Made by a program: the position numbers and the translations under genes
The notes under the pieces: generated by a model
Database searches by the model: none
What the model saw: only the letters and a program-made list of their open reading frames with translations
What the model was told of the DNA's origin: nothing
Shown: positions 9,537 through 18,473 of the stretch, piece after piece
Layout: every line of letters begins with the position of its first letter
How positions within the stretch are numbered: position 1 is the first letter of the stretch
Assembly (NCBI GenBank): GCA_041671645.1
Contig: JBAZBD010000001.1
Location: 735,234-799,233 of the forward strand
Length of the DNA stretch: 64,000 nucleotides
Origin: Patescibacteria group bacterium
Lineage (GTDB): Bacteria; Patescibacteriota; UBA1384; XYA2-FULL-43-10; 1-14-0-10-43-13
Direction: 5' to 3'

Positions 9537-9834
9537 AATTTTAAGAATAAACCCTGATGTTCATTATTACAAGTTATTATTAAGTGCTAATACTGTCTGG
9601 GATCTACTGAACTTAAAGCAAGTTTATATTTCCCATATTCAGAATGAAGAACTTCTCGCCATCGCCTCGATTCTTCAATGATAAAATGCAAATTTTTACG
9701 CACCAGTACCACCAAAAAATGATCAGATTTATTTTGGTCTTTTTTTGTTGCATAACATCTTCAGGCATTACTCAGTTTGCTCATTTATAATCATCTTAGG
9801 GTCGATAAGATAATAATAAATAAGAAGGAGAATT

Positions 9835-10299
9835 ATGAAGAACAAGAAGATTTTACTTTCCGTGACCGCGCTGACACTGGCCGTAGCTGGTGCAGTCTGG
9901 TACGGCGGGAACAAGGTACTAGCGGCAAACGGTGTTGGACATGACGCAATGGTCTCGACATTATCAGAGAAACTTGGTGTGCCAGAAGACAAAGTTACCG
10001 CGGCATTCGATTCGATCGAAACACAGCGACAGGCAGACAGAGTAGCAGAGCGAAAAAACCAGCTCGATAAAGCTGTCTCGGCCGGCGTGATTACACAGGA
10101 GCAGGAAGATAAGCTGGTAGCGAAGCACGCGGAGCTTCAAGCAGACAGAGAAAAGGAACGCACGGAGCTTGAGCAATGGTACAAGGATAACGGTATTGAT
10201 CAGAGCAAGCTGTCTGAATATACCGGACGCGGAGGAATAGGTATGGGGCAAGGTATGGGTAGAGGAATGGGCGGCCAAGGGCATATGGGCGGAATCTAA
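9835..10299 (+). CDS. Secreted protein with signal peptide and Gly/Met-rich C-terminus
   Basis: RBS AAGGAG; N-terminal MKNKKILLSVTALTLAVAGAVW signal-like sequence; GC ~50%. Confidence 0.6.
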   Translation: MKNKKILLSVTALTLAVAGAVWYGGNKVLAANGVGHDAMVSTLSEKLGVPEDKVTAAFDSIETQRQADRVAERKNQLDKAVSAGVITQEQEDKLVAKHAELQADREKERTELEQWYKDNGIDQSKLSEYTGRGGIGMGQGMGRGMGGQGHMGGI

Positions 10300-10310
10300 T
10301 AAGTAATATG

Positions 10311-10336
10311 AAACACCTCACATATGTGAGGTGTTT
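10311..10336. terminator. Perfect 26-nt palindrome (AAACACCTCACATATGTGAGGTGTTT), likely a terminator hairpin
   Basis: Perfect inverted repeat immediately after the 9835..10299 stop. No strong T-run follows. Confidence 0.3.
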
Positions 10337-10421
10337 CTGTATTCCGTCGCCAAATTTTTAAATTCTTGACATATGTGGTAGATTGCTCCTAAGCACTCTA
10401 CGCACACTGGGAGGCAAAAAT

Positions 10422-10829
10422 ATGAACGCACAAGAACTGCTTGACAAGGGATACTGGTATGAAGGCGAATATGCCTATCTCTCTACTCCAGAATGGCGCA
10501 AATGGGAAAAGTTGATCGAATGCATCAAGAAAGACAGCGATAAGACTGTCTGGAATCTGATCAAACTTGCCGAGAGCTGTGTCCGCCCATTCACAGCCGC
10601 TTCTCAGCGCTTAGACGAAATAATCGAGGCTTCGCCGAAGTACCAGGATTCTTTTGCAAACGACCCGCTTGACAGCGCTTTCTTCGAAAGAGTTCGCGAC
10701 TACGCTCAGATGCTGAGAGACGAGGACGATCTGACTGCCGACAACGAGTACGTCATCCACGAGCTCATCCTCGAGGTTGGGCCAGGCGAACCGGGCCGAT
10801 GCGCCCTGTACTACAAGTTAAATCGCTGA
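10422..10829 (+). CDS. Hypothetical protein
   Basis: RBS GGGAGG before ATG at 10422 (the ORF track starts at 10383). Followed by a hairpin plus T-run terminator at ~10838..10875. Confidence 0.55.
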   Translation: MNAQELLDKGYWYEGEYAYLSTPEWRKWEKLIECIKKDSDKTVWNLIKLAESCVRPFTAASQRLDEIIEASPKYQDSFANDPLDSAFFERVRDYAQMLRDEDDLTADNEYVIHELILEVGPGEPGRCALYYKLNR

Positions 10830-10973
10830 GTTTTCTCTTCTCTCCCGACACGCTTCGGGAGAGAATTTTATTTTTGCTGCAGGATGACGACCTATTCCAG
10901 ATTTTTTCTTGACAAAGTGACAAAAAAGTTGTATACATTGGACAGATAACGCCAAGCCGTAGGAGGTAGAAAT

Positions 10974-11729
10974 GTGGTATCGTCGCTGCTCTTAATAGCG
11001 ATGTACCTCATCGCTGTATTCCTAATCTTGATTATCTTGGTCGCGCTTATCATGATTACGATTCGTAATTCTGAAATATCTGCGGTTAGAAAAGAAAATG
11101 GAGACATCGCGGGACTTTTGAGCCAATTAAATGTCAAATCCGCAATAGTCGTCATCGCCCATCCTGATGACGAAACTCTTGGGGCTTTCAGTCTCATGGC
11201 CTCAATGGTTTCGCAAGGGATCAGAGTTCAAGTAGTCTTGGCCTCGGACGGTAATCGTCGGGGTCTGGGGAATCTTCGAATCGAGGAGTTTCTCAGCGCC
11301 ATGGCCAAATTGGAGATCAGCTATGACAATTTATTTTTCCTGGGTTACTCAGACGGTAAATTGTTTGACTCTGCAGAGAGGATTGAAGCAGATCTGCTGA
11401 AAATCATGACTGAGCGCGATCCTGACCTGATCGTTTCCCATTATATTGGTGATCAGCATCCCGATCATCATTGTGTGGCAACAATCATGCAAAGCATCGG
11501 TCTGGATCGAGACAATCTGGTTCTCAGCTTTCCAATTTATGCTGATATGTTCAAGCGTCTCACAAAAGACGATGGCTGGTATCACTGCGATAGCCAAGCC
11601 AAACGGCCAAAGAGATTCGCCCTGACATCTTATCTCTCACAGATGATGAATCCCATCTTGTCACCACTGTTCTTGCGAGCGTGGTACTGTAGCGAGATCT
11701 TTCATATGACCAAAAACACTACCACTTGA
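10974..11729 (+). CDS. PIG-L/LmbE family N-acetylglucosaminyl deacetylase with N-terminal TM helix
   Basis: Family motifs VIAHPDDE and HPDH. GTG start with AGGAGG RBS 8 nt upstream. Confidence 0.7.
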   Translation: MVSSLLLIAMYLIAVFLILIILVALIMITIRNSEISAVRKENGDIAGLLSQLNVKSAIVVIAHPDDETLGAFSLMASMVSQGIRVQVVLASDGNRRGLGNLRIEEFLSAMAKLEISYDNLFFLGYSDGKLFDSAERIEADLLKIMTERDPDLIVSHYIGDQHPDHHCVATIMQSIGLDRDNLVLSFPIYADMFKRLTKDDGWYHCDSQAKRPKRFALTSYLSQMMNPILSPLFLRAWYCSEIFHMTKNTTT

Positions 11730-11858
11730 TAACTCGAGTGGTATTTTATTTGATCGTGAATCTAGGTTGACGCAGAACGAGAAATTGAGTATAGTTTTTT
11801 CAGCATTTTGTAGCTAGGCACAACGCCAGAATATGCTACTTCTGCGAAGGGGGTTGTC

Positions 11859-12539
11859 ATGAGTATGACAATGGTTTTGTGCTCAATCTTGGGGGCACTG
11901 GTTGGTTTATCAATGATCTTCCCAATCTATCTCTGCCGAGCCAATTCTGGCTCGGGACGATACTCAGGGAAACATGTGTTTTTCACCGTTTTGGTGATAA
12001 TGGTGGGGGTGGCATTTGACGTAGCCAGTGCCACCGCTTTGATTTTGTGGCACAGCTTCCTGCTCTTTATAGTGCTGGGTGCAATGTCGCTGATAATTAT
12101 CAATTGCACATCGATGATGGTCAGGGTGCCACCGATAAATATCAAATCGGAAAAGATTATTGGTTGGTACCGCCAAGGATTGGAACCATGGAAATTTTCC
12201 AAAGAGTGGAAAATAGAAGAACTGAGAGTAGGATTTCTGGTCTTTGCCAACTTCGTTGGCGGCAGGATATCCCACAAAGAAGTGACAAACCAGTCCAAAC
12301 GGCTTGGCTGTGAAATTGTCTACGAGGCAACTGGAACAGGATTGCCACGCGAGTTTAAGACTGCTTTCGAGTTTTGGTCACCAAAGATCGAAGGTGATAT
12401 TCATTCGACCCCAACGAGCGCTTCAGTCGAGGAAATGCTGAAAGGGTGTAAATTGGATACCCACTCCCCATATCTCAGAATTGAGATTAGAAATCCGTGG
12501 AGGAAAGAGCTTCACCGGCCCTCAGCTCTGAAAAAGTAA
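11859..12539 (+). CDS. Hypothetical integral membrane protein
   Basis: 226 aa with three hydrophobic helices, RBS GAAGGGGG. Terminator hairpin at 12553..12590. Confidence 0.55.
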   Translation: MSMTMVLCSILGALVGLSMIFPIYLCRANSGSGRYSGKHVFFTVLVIMVGVAFDVASATALILWHSFLLFIVLGAMSLIIINCTSMMVRVPPINIKSEKIIGWYRQGLEPWKFSKEWKIEELRVGFLVFANFVGGRISHKEVTNQSKRLGCEIVYEATGTGLPREFKTAFEFWSPKIEGDIHSTPTSASVEEMLKGCKLDTHSPYLRIEIRNPWRKELHRPSALKK

Positions 12540-12552
12540 TTCTATCTACCTT

Positions 12553-12590
12553 CGCTTCATCCCATCGCGGTGTGAAGCGATTTTTATTTT
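12553..12590 (+). terminator. Rho-independent terminator
   Basis: CGCTTCA...TGAAGCG hairpin followed by TTTTTATTTT. Confidence 0.55.
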
Positions 12591-12664
12591 GCTAGACAGA
12601 GAGAGCATATTCTGGTATTAGTAAGACCATACTTGAATGATACAGGTCGAAAAGGAGGCCAATC

Positions 12665-13075
12665 ATGGTACACAAAGTCGTATACCTCTCTGACTACAAG
12701 AGAGCAAAAATGGACGACAAACAGATTGAAGGGTGGGTCTATGTCTTTTTCCAGGCCGCAGGCGTTAAGCCAGAAGACATTGAAATAATCCCGTATCACG
12801 TCGCACTTGGAAGCGCATCAGAGAAGACCCTGGGCGACGCTCTCACACAGGCAAGAGATGAAGAATTCGACGCAGTAGTTGTATCCGAATCTGTCGGACG
12901 CGTACATTGGTCGACAGCAATTTACTTTGGGATGTGCCACGATATTCCAATGTTGCTGAAACGAGAAGGCACCGAGACCCTTCACCTTACTCAGGTCGTT
13001 TTCGGCCCGACAATTTGCGAACGCATTCGCGCCGCACAAAAGAGCAACGAAAAATGCGAGCAAGTGCCCGTTTAA
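12665..13075 (+). CDS. Hypothetical protein
   Basis: Strong RBS AAAGGAGG; 136 aa. Terminator CCCCCGAC...GGGGG plus T-run at 13085..13118. Confidence 0.55.
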   Translation: MVHKVVYLSDYKRAKMDDKQIEGWVYVFFQAAGVKPEDIEIIPYHVALGSASEKTLGDALTQARDEEFDAVVVSESVGRVHWSTAIYFGMCHDIPMLLKREGTETLHLTQVVFGPTICERIRAAQKSNEKCEQVPV

Positions 13076-13084
13076 CACCAAAAC

Positions 13085-13118
13085 CCGCCCCCGACCCAGT
13101 CGGGGGCTTTTTATTTTC
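13085..13118 (+). terminator. Rho-independent terminator
   Basis: GC-rich hairpin CCCCCGACCCAGTCGGGGG followed by a T-run. Confidence 0.6.
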
Positions 13119-13165
13119 TTCTGTATTTAAAATTCCCCGCCGGCGCAAAGCTGACGGGGACTGAT

Positions 13166-14638
13166 TTATTTGTGATTTTTTCCATTTCCTCCGATCAGGA
13201 AGAAATCGCAGGCATACTTACTCTTGAGATTTGGATCAATATTCTTGCAATATTCATTCATGAGATTGATCCATTTTCCGACTATATCAAACTCTTGCTC
13301 GAACTTGTCCTTAAGTTTAGTTACAAGAGTTCCTTGCGGTCCCGCCCCTGCCTTATTGGCATAAAGGGCAATTGTCGCAACATTGTGATTGAAAGTTTCC
13401 TCAAAGCTCCGTCGCAAGCAAGCATACATTTCAACAAGTTGGCTGATCTGAAGATTTCCGTTTAGCGAGACCTGGTGGCTCGCTTGGATACACTGGGCTT
13501 TATTGCGCTGAGCGGCCATTGCTTTGGTACGAAAATCAAGCAACTCTTTTCGATATGGATCCTGGATCCTGTCATCCATCTTGGGGTGATCTGGGCTGTT
13601 ATTGTCATACGCAGCCTCAGTCCAAAGTCGCAAGAGGTATTCGTCGACTTCTACGCCGTTAACGAAGACTTTTTGACCATCAGTCAATGGGACCAAAAGC
13701 TGAGTATTCTGAACTGGAGTAGGGCTTGTTTGCCCGTTATTTTTCAGAGCCTTCTCTCGCCTCTCAATCTCCTTTTCTCGTGTGGTCAATTGATCTTCTC
13801 GCGTGTTTAACGCTCGCTCCCTGTTATCAAGGGCAGTTTCGCGTTTATCCAGTGCAGCCTCCCTATCTGCCTGGTCATCACTCGTGTCTTGCATCGAATC
13901 TGAGAATGCGCTCTCAATTTGTTGCAATTCGCTATCAGACGGCAACAAATCTTTCTTCTGCACAAGCAGTGGGTTCGTGATAAGCGCGGCTAACATGTTC
14001 ACAAGTCCCGGAGCGAAATCATCAAGCGCCCTTAGCAACGCTGCCTCGATTGCCTCCGGTGTGACTTGCTGACCACCCGTCCTTGATTGAAACTCTTGTA
14101 GTGCTTCGACCATTACTGCTTTCATCGCCGCTGACATTGAGTCAAACGGTTTTGGCGGCAGGGTCTCCACCTCCACAGCTTCAGCGTTTTCGACAACCTT
14201 TGTCTCAGGCACCACTTCTTGATCTACCCGATCCTCCTTCTTCGGCTCAGCCTTTGGTGTGGGCCTTGCTTCAGCTTTTTTTGGAGGCTTGGCCTCTTTC
14301 TCGGGCTTTGCCTTCGCTTTCTTCGGCTCTCTCGGCGCCCGTGTCTTTTCCACGGGTGGCGGTGGTATTTCTTTGGGTTTTTCTACCGGTATGACCCCAA
14401 GCAAATCATGAATGGCCCTGATGATATCAACTGGACATTCTGATTTTTCGAGATCGTTGTCGGCGGTGATCAGAGATTCAAGATGTAGTTCCAAGAATCT
14501 CTTGTTGCGGCCAGTCTTCTCTGCCAGTCCGATCGCGGCAATGAAATCAGGTATAGTCCTATCTCCCGTCGCCACTTTGATCCTTCGGACCAATTGCCCA
14601 AGCTCAATTGAGCTATTCAGGCCATCTTGTTCTGCCAT
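13166..14638 (-). CDS. Hypothetical protein with Pro/Lys-rich low-complexity linker and long coiled coil
   Basis: Start placed at MAEQDGL (RBS GAGG), since the longer ORF would overlap the divergent plsX. PPPPVEKTRAPREPKKAKAKPEKEAKPPKK linker; REAALDKRETALDNRERALNTREDQL coiled coil. Confidence 0.6.
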   Translation of the reverse strand: MAEQDGLNSSIELGQLVRRIKVATGDRTIPDFIAAIGLAEKTGRNKRFLELHLESLITADNDLEKSECPVDIIRAIHDLLGVIPVEKPKEIPPPPVEKTRAPREPKKAKAKPEKEAKPPKKAEARPTPKAEPKKEDRVDQEVVPETKVVENAEAVEVETLPPKPFDSMSAAMKAVMVEALQEFQSRTGGQQVTPEAIEAALLRALDDFAPGLVNMLAALITNPLLVQKKDLLPSDSELQQIESAFSDSMQDTSDDQADREAALDKRETALDNRERALNTREDQLTTREKEIERREKALKNNGQTSPTPVQNTQLLVPLTDGQKVFVNGVEVDEYLLRLWTEAAYDNNSPDHPKMDDRIQDPYRKELLDFRTKAMAAQRNKAQCIQASHQVSLNGNLQISQLVEMYACLRRSFEETFNHNVATIALYANKAGAGPQGTLVTKLKDKFEQEFDIVGKWINLMNEYCKNIDPNLKSKYACDFFLIGGNGKNHK

Positions 14639-14834
14639 GTCAATGTACCTCGTAAACAGATTTCTCCCATGAGGAAGAGTTATGAAGATACTATCAGGGC
14701 GAGAGTGATATGAGAATATGCTGAGGGGCGATGCATTTGTCCGCATCAAACTTGGGCTTTTTTATTTACAAACCGTCATTTTTGTTGTATTATCACGAAA
14801 TCTTACTGCATACCGCATACGGGAGGAAATAGAA

Positions 14835-15863
14835 ATGAACGGTAGAGTAATTCATACCATTGGGATAGACGCAATGGGGGGTGATCATGCTCCTCGCGTT
14901 CCCGTCTTGGCCACGGTCAAGGCAATGTACCAACTGCCGGATTTTAATTTTTTAATCTTTGGTGATGCGACTGAAATCAAGAAACATCTCCACGGAAATG
15001 ATTACCGGCGAATCGAAATTGTCCATTGCAAAGATGCGATCGGGATGGACGAATCAGTCAAGCTGTCGACCTTCAAGCGAGAAGACTCCTCGCTTTCAGT
15101 CATGCTCAACTTGCTGAAAACGGGCGGGCTTGGCGGAGTATTAAGCGGCGGGAACACTGCCGTCTACGGCGCTATGGCCAAAAGTATCCTTGAGACAATT
15201 GAAGGGTTCGAGCGCGCTGCCCTGGCAGCAGTCCTACCTGGGAACAAAATCATGTTGGACGTCGGTGGAAACGTCGACTCCACGCCAGCAACATTATTGC
15301 CTTGGGCAATTGGCGGCGCGGCATTCGCTCAGAAGGTTCAGGGTAAGGACCATCCGGTAGTCGCGCTACTCTCGATTGGAAGTGGACTGAAGAAAGGCAA
15401 CAAGCTGGTCAAAGAGACCTATCCGCTTCTCCAGGAAGCCGCTGCAAAAGGACTTTTCCGCCTTAGCGATAGCCACATTGAGCCAGACAAACTACTGGTC
15501 GACCGAGAGGTCGACGTCATCTTGACAGATGGCTTTAGCGGAAATATCGCCCTAAAGGCTATCGAAGGAGCCTCATCGGCTATCAAGGAAATCGGTCGCC
15601 GACACTGGTATTTAGCGCCAATATTTCTTGCTCTAAAGTTGGCTATGAGACCATTGAGCTATGAAAAGTTTAACGGTGCTCCGTTCATTGGATTGCGTCA
15701 TGGTGTTGTCGTCAAGAGCCATGGTCGCGCCGGTGTCGAAGCTTATATCAACGCAATCCGGGTCGTAGCACGAGCAATCGAGTCAAACCTGACCGAGATC
15801 ATCCGATACGGGGTATGCCCCGAATCAGTTCTAAAACCCAAAAATCAGCAGTCTGCTCTCTAG
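14835..15863 (+). CDS. plsX: Phosphate acyltransferase PlsX
   Basis: Signature GIDAMGGDHAP near the N-terminus. RBS GGAGG before ATG at 14835 (the ORF track's longer start lacks an RBS). Confidence 0.8.
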   Translation: MNGRVIHTIGIDAMGGDHAPRVPVLATVKAMYQLPDFNFLIFGDATEIKKHLHGNDYRRIEIVHCKDAIGMDESVKLSTFKREDSSLSVMLNLLKTGGLGGVLSGGNTAVYGAMAKSILETIEGFERAALAAVLPGNKIMLDVGGNVDSTPATLLPWAIGGAAFAQKVQGKDHPVVALLSIGSGLKKGNKLVKETYPLLQEAAAKGLFRLSDSHIEPDKLLVDREVDVILTDGFSGNIALKAIEGASSAIKEIGRRHWYLAPIFLALKLAMRPLSYEKFNGAPFIGLRHGVVVKSHGRAGVEAYINAIRVVARAIESNLTEIIRYGVCPESVLKPKNQQSAL

Positions 15864-16017
15864 GCAGGCTGTTTTTATATTTGATATCCACAGCCCCCAT
15901 TGTGCCAAAGGCTGTTATACTACAAATAATAGAAGGCTAATAAGTACTTTGACATGTACTGCTAGACAAACGGATAGCAATTTTTGGTGGTAAAAAATCT
16001 ACAAGGGGGGGAATCCG

Positions 16018-16956
16018 ATGAGTAATTTACCAACTCAGAACCTTGCCCCTGATAATATTTCAGAGGCATACAGAACTCGTTTTTTCCGAGCTTTTTGCCC
16101 GGACCTCGGCAGCCCGACGGGTTGCTGCGGCAGAGATCACTGCAAGTTCGTCTTGGCGGTGGCAAACAAAGACCTCGCAACCATGGAAAACTTGATGGCA
16201 TGGGACGGGAGCGAGTATTGCCACAGCCAAAGTCAGGGCATGGGGAGGACACGACTTCATTTGGCGGCCCTTCATGGCCGAAGTGAAGCAGTGGAAAATC
16301 TCCTGCTCGAAGGCAAGGACATTAACTGCCGGGATGACTATGGCAACACACCATTTGCCCTGGCAATGATCGAGCATCAACATGGAGCGGCCGACCTGCT
16401 GGTCCGTCTTGGCGCCGATATCAACTGCGCCAACAAGCTTGGCAGAACGATTCTGCACGAGGCCGCATGGCATAATTGGCGTGACTCCACTGACATTATG
16501 CTCTGCTGGGGGCAGGATCGCCTCCTCCAGGTCAATTACTTCGACCAGAACTTTCAATTACCAGTCGATGACGCTCTGTCGATGGGCAACTACGACCTTG
16601 CGACATTGCTGGTAAAGTTTGGAGCGATCACCGCCATCCATAGCAAAGCACAAATGCTTGGCGAATGGGTTGGCGACAGCGCCTTCCACTACGTGTGGCG
16701 GAATTCTCCCCTCAAAGGCGTTCTTGCGCGGCGCGACCTTGACCTTTTCAAGGCTCTGGTCACACCCGACTCCGTCTTTCGACACCATTTGGTGTACGAG
16801 GCGAATCTGATCATCAGACATGCTCATGAGATTTTCCAGGACGCGCACTCTAACTTTGTCCTGGCGATCGCGGATCACTTCCGAAGCCTGATTCGGCAAT
16901 CTGCCGAAGAAAGCGTAGGCGTGAATGAACTGCTTGCACAATTAGAATGTGCTTAG
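16018..16956 (+). CDS. Ankyrin-repeat protein
   Basis: Repeated ...G.TPLH.AA..G......LL..GAD.N... units, for example TRLHLAALHGRSEAVENLLLEGKDINCRDDYGNTPFALAM and GADINCANKLGRTILHEAAWHN. RBS AAGGGGGGG. Terminator at 16965..16997. Confidence 0.75.
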   Translation: MSNLPTQNLAPDNISEAYRTRFFRAFCPDLGSPTGCCGRDHCKFVLAVANKDLATMENLMAWDGSEYCHSQSQGMGRTRLHLAALHGRSEAVENLLLEGKDINCRDDYGNTPFALAMIEHQHGAADLLVRLGADINCANKLGRTILHEAAWHNWRDSTDIMLCWGQDRLLQVNYFDQNFQLPVDDALSMGNYDLATLLVKFGAITAIHSKAQMLGEWVGDSAFHYVWRNSPLKGVLARRDLDLFKALVTPDSVFRHHLVYEANLIIRHAHEIFQDAHSNFVLAIADHFRSLIRQSAEESVGVNELLAQLECA

Positions 16957-16964
16957 ACATACTC

Positions 16965-16997
16965 TGGCTCGAGTCGACTCCGACTCGAGCCTTTTTA
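16965..16997 (+). terminator. Rho-independent terminator
   Basis: GGCTCGAGTCG...CGACTCGAGCC hairpin plus TTTTTAT. Confidence 0.6.
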
Positions 16998-17110
16998 TGT
17001 TGACAGAGAGAAGAAAAGTAGTTATAATGCGCCCAATGTCCAAGATCAAAATGAGCTACCAAATATAGTCATTTTGAACTTGGCAAAAAAATGAGGAGGG
17101 ATAGAATCCC

Positions 17111-18271
17111 ATGGCACACAAACCAACTTTCCGGATCCTCGTCGGAGGATGGCACCTGATGGAGCAAACAATGGGCTTCGGCAATCCGACCAAGGGCGGA
17201 GCGAAAACAATGGACGAGGCATTACGCCAAGTCGCGGATCTGAATGAAGAGCTGTACGACGAGCACGGTTTCGAGCTTAGTGTCTCGGCCCATTTCTGGC
17301 ACGAAATCATGGTATCGCCAAGAGCAGAGAAACTGCGCGATACCTTGCAGTTCAACAATTCGCGCGCCTTATTCCTTGATGAATGGATGTTAGGGATCGA
17401 TGAAGGGATCTACCCCAAGATCGGTCGCATCATCCCGCCGGGCTTCGGCTTACCTTGGAGCGACGACGGCGCTCTGATCAATCCTGACCCAGTCGTGCGC
17501 CAAATTCACCACGACGTGATGGTTCACGCGTTTAAAGAGTCAGCTCATGTACGCGAGTCAGGTCACGGTCTGGGCAACGTCATTTATTGGACCGGGCCGG
17601 ATGGCATTCGCTGGCAAAGGCTGGTCAACGGCGTTGATTCAACCCTGAGTTATGAAGACAACCCCAACCTCGAAGAGTGGAGAATGATAGTTGAAGGCCT
17701 AACCAACGCAGTCGGTGAAGCTCGCGGCCTGGGCTACACCAACGAAAAACTTCTGATTGAAGCAAAGGAAGGTGGAGACCCTTGTTACCTTGACCCGTTT
17801 ACCGACGTATCCCTCCAGATCCTGGCGATTAGCCAAATCAACGAAGGCGTCGGTGCCAAAGTAGCAGAGTGGCAGGGAGAATTCTGCCACACCCGTGGCG
17901 GTGGTACAACCTTTGCCAATGGGATGACCCAAGCGATCGGCGGTGGCGTATTTGGTGGGCGCATTCATCTGAATTCTGGCCCCATAGCTAATCAGCGGTT
18001 TAGCACTATGCTGGCTAAGGGAACACCACTTTCCAAATTCCAGCAGTATGTCGATCCAGACTATTTGCCCGGCCAGGGTGTAGAAGAATGGCTGGACGAT
18101 CAGCAAAAGTCTATCCAAATTGGCGCAGAATGGTCAGCCCAAACCGGGCAACCGTTCGAAATCGAATTCGACGCTCGCTTCTCCAGATACCCTGACATGA
18201 TGGGCGAACTGCGCAAATCAACGCTATGGACTCTACATGAGTTGCAGAAACACGGCGCCTTACCGGCCTAA
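17111..18271 (+). CDS. Xylose-isomerase-like TIM-barrel protein (divergent sugar isomerase family)
   Basis: 386 aa. Block-wise resemblance to class I xylose isomerase: N-terminal FRILVGGWH versus FTFGLWTVGW, IEAKEGGDP versus IEPKPNEP, IHLNSGP versus HIDLNGQ. The canonical metal/catalytic motifs are substituted. Confidence 0.5.
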   Translation: MAHKPTFRILVGGWHLMEQTMGFGNPTKGGAKTMDEALRQVADLNEELYDEHGFELSVSAHFWHEIMVSPRAEKLRDTLQFNNSRALFLDEWMLGIDEGIYPKIGRIIPPGFGLPWSDDGALINPDPVVRQIHHDVMVHAFKESAHVRESGHGLGNVIYWTGPDGIRWQRLVNGVDSTLSYEDNPNLEEWRMIVEGLTNAVGEARGLGYTNEKLLIEAKEGGDPCYLDPFTDVSLQILAISQINEGVGAKVAEWQGEFCHTRGGGTTFANGMTQAIGGGVFGGRIHLNSGPIANQRFSTMLAKGTPLSKFQQYVDPDYLPGQGVEEWLDDQQKSIQIGAEWSAQTGQPFEIEFDARFSRYPDMMGELRKSTLWTLHELQKHGALPA

Positions 18272-18287
18272 CCTTCTCTTGCTTACA

Positions 18288-18322
18288 CTCCCCCGATGGA
18301 TTCCATCGGGGGATTTTTATTT
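18288..18322 (+). terminator. Rho-independent terminator
   Basis: CCCCCGATGGATTCCATCGGGGG hairpin followed by a T-run. Confidence 0.6.
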
Positions 18323-18473
18323 CTCCCTCTTGATTTTTTGTGAAAGTAGTGATATAATAACTACATATTAAGATTGTTCTATAGATTTCCGAAGTAGTAA
18401 TAAATTCGATGTTCTATACGGCAATACGAATTTATTAATGGGTACCCTTTGGGTCCCACACAGAAGGAAATCA

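Larger units (their letters stand above)
681..9600. mobile_element. Putative integrated genomic island at the tmRNA 3' end (serine-recombinase type), AT-rich, defense-like cargo
   Basis: The recombinase abuts and overlaps ssrA. GC drops to ~33% across 681..~9600 and rises to ~50% from ~9800. Cargo is hypothetical or defense-like, mostly on the minus strand. The distal boundary is not resolved. Confidence 0.5.

Noticed and set aside
9540-9835. Looked for a direct repeat of the tmRNA 3' end (CCGACCACCTCCACCA) marking the distal island border
   Set aside because: Only a weak resemblance (CACCAGTACCACCAAAAAA at ~9700) that cannot be distinguished from chance by eye, so the distal boundary is left undefined.
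9768-10321. Three minus-strand ORFs overlapping the secreted-protein gene 9835..10299
   Set aside because: Overlap a + strand gene that has an RBS and signal peptide; GC-rich frame artefacts.
12818-14672. Multiple short ORFs (12818..13081, 13172..14672 on the + strand) inside the 13166..14638 gene region
   Set aside because: All antisense to the long coiled-coil gene; repetitive Ser/Leu/Pro translations are typical of shadow frames.
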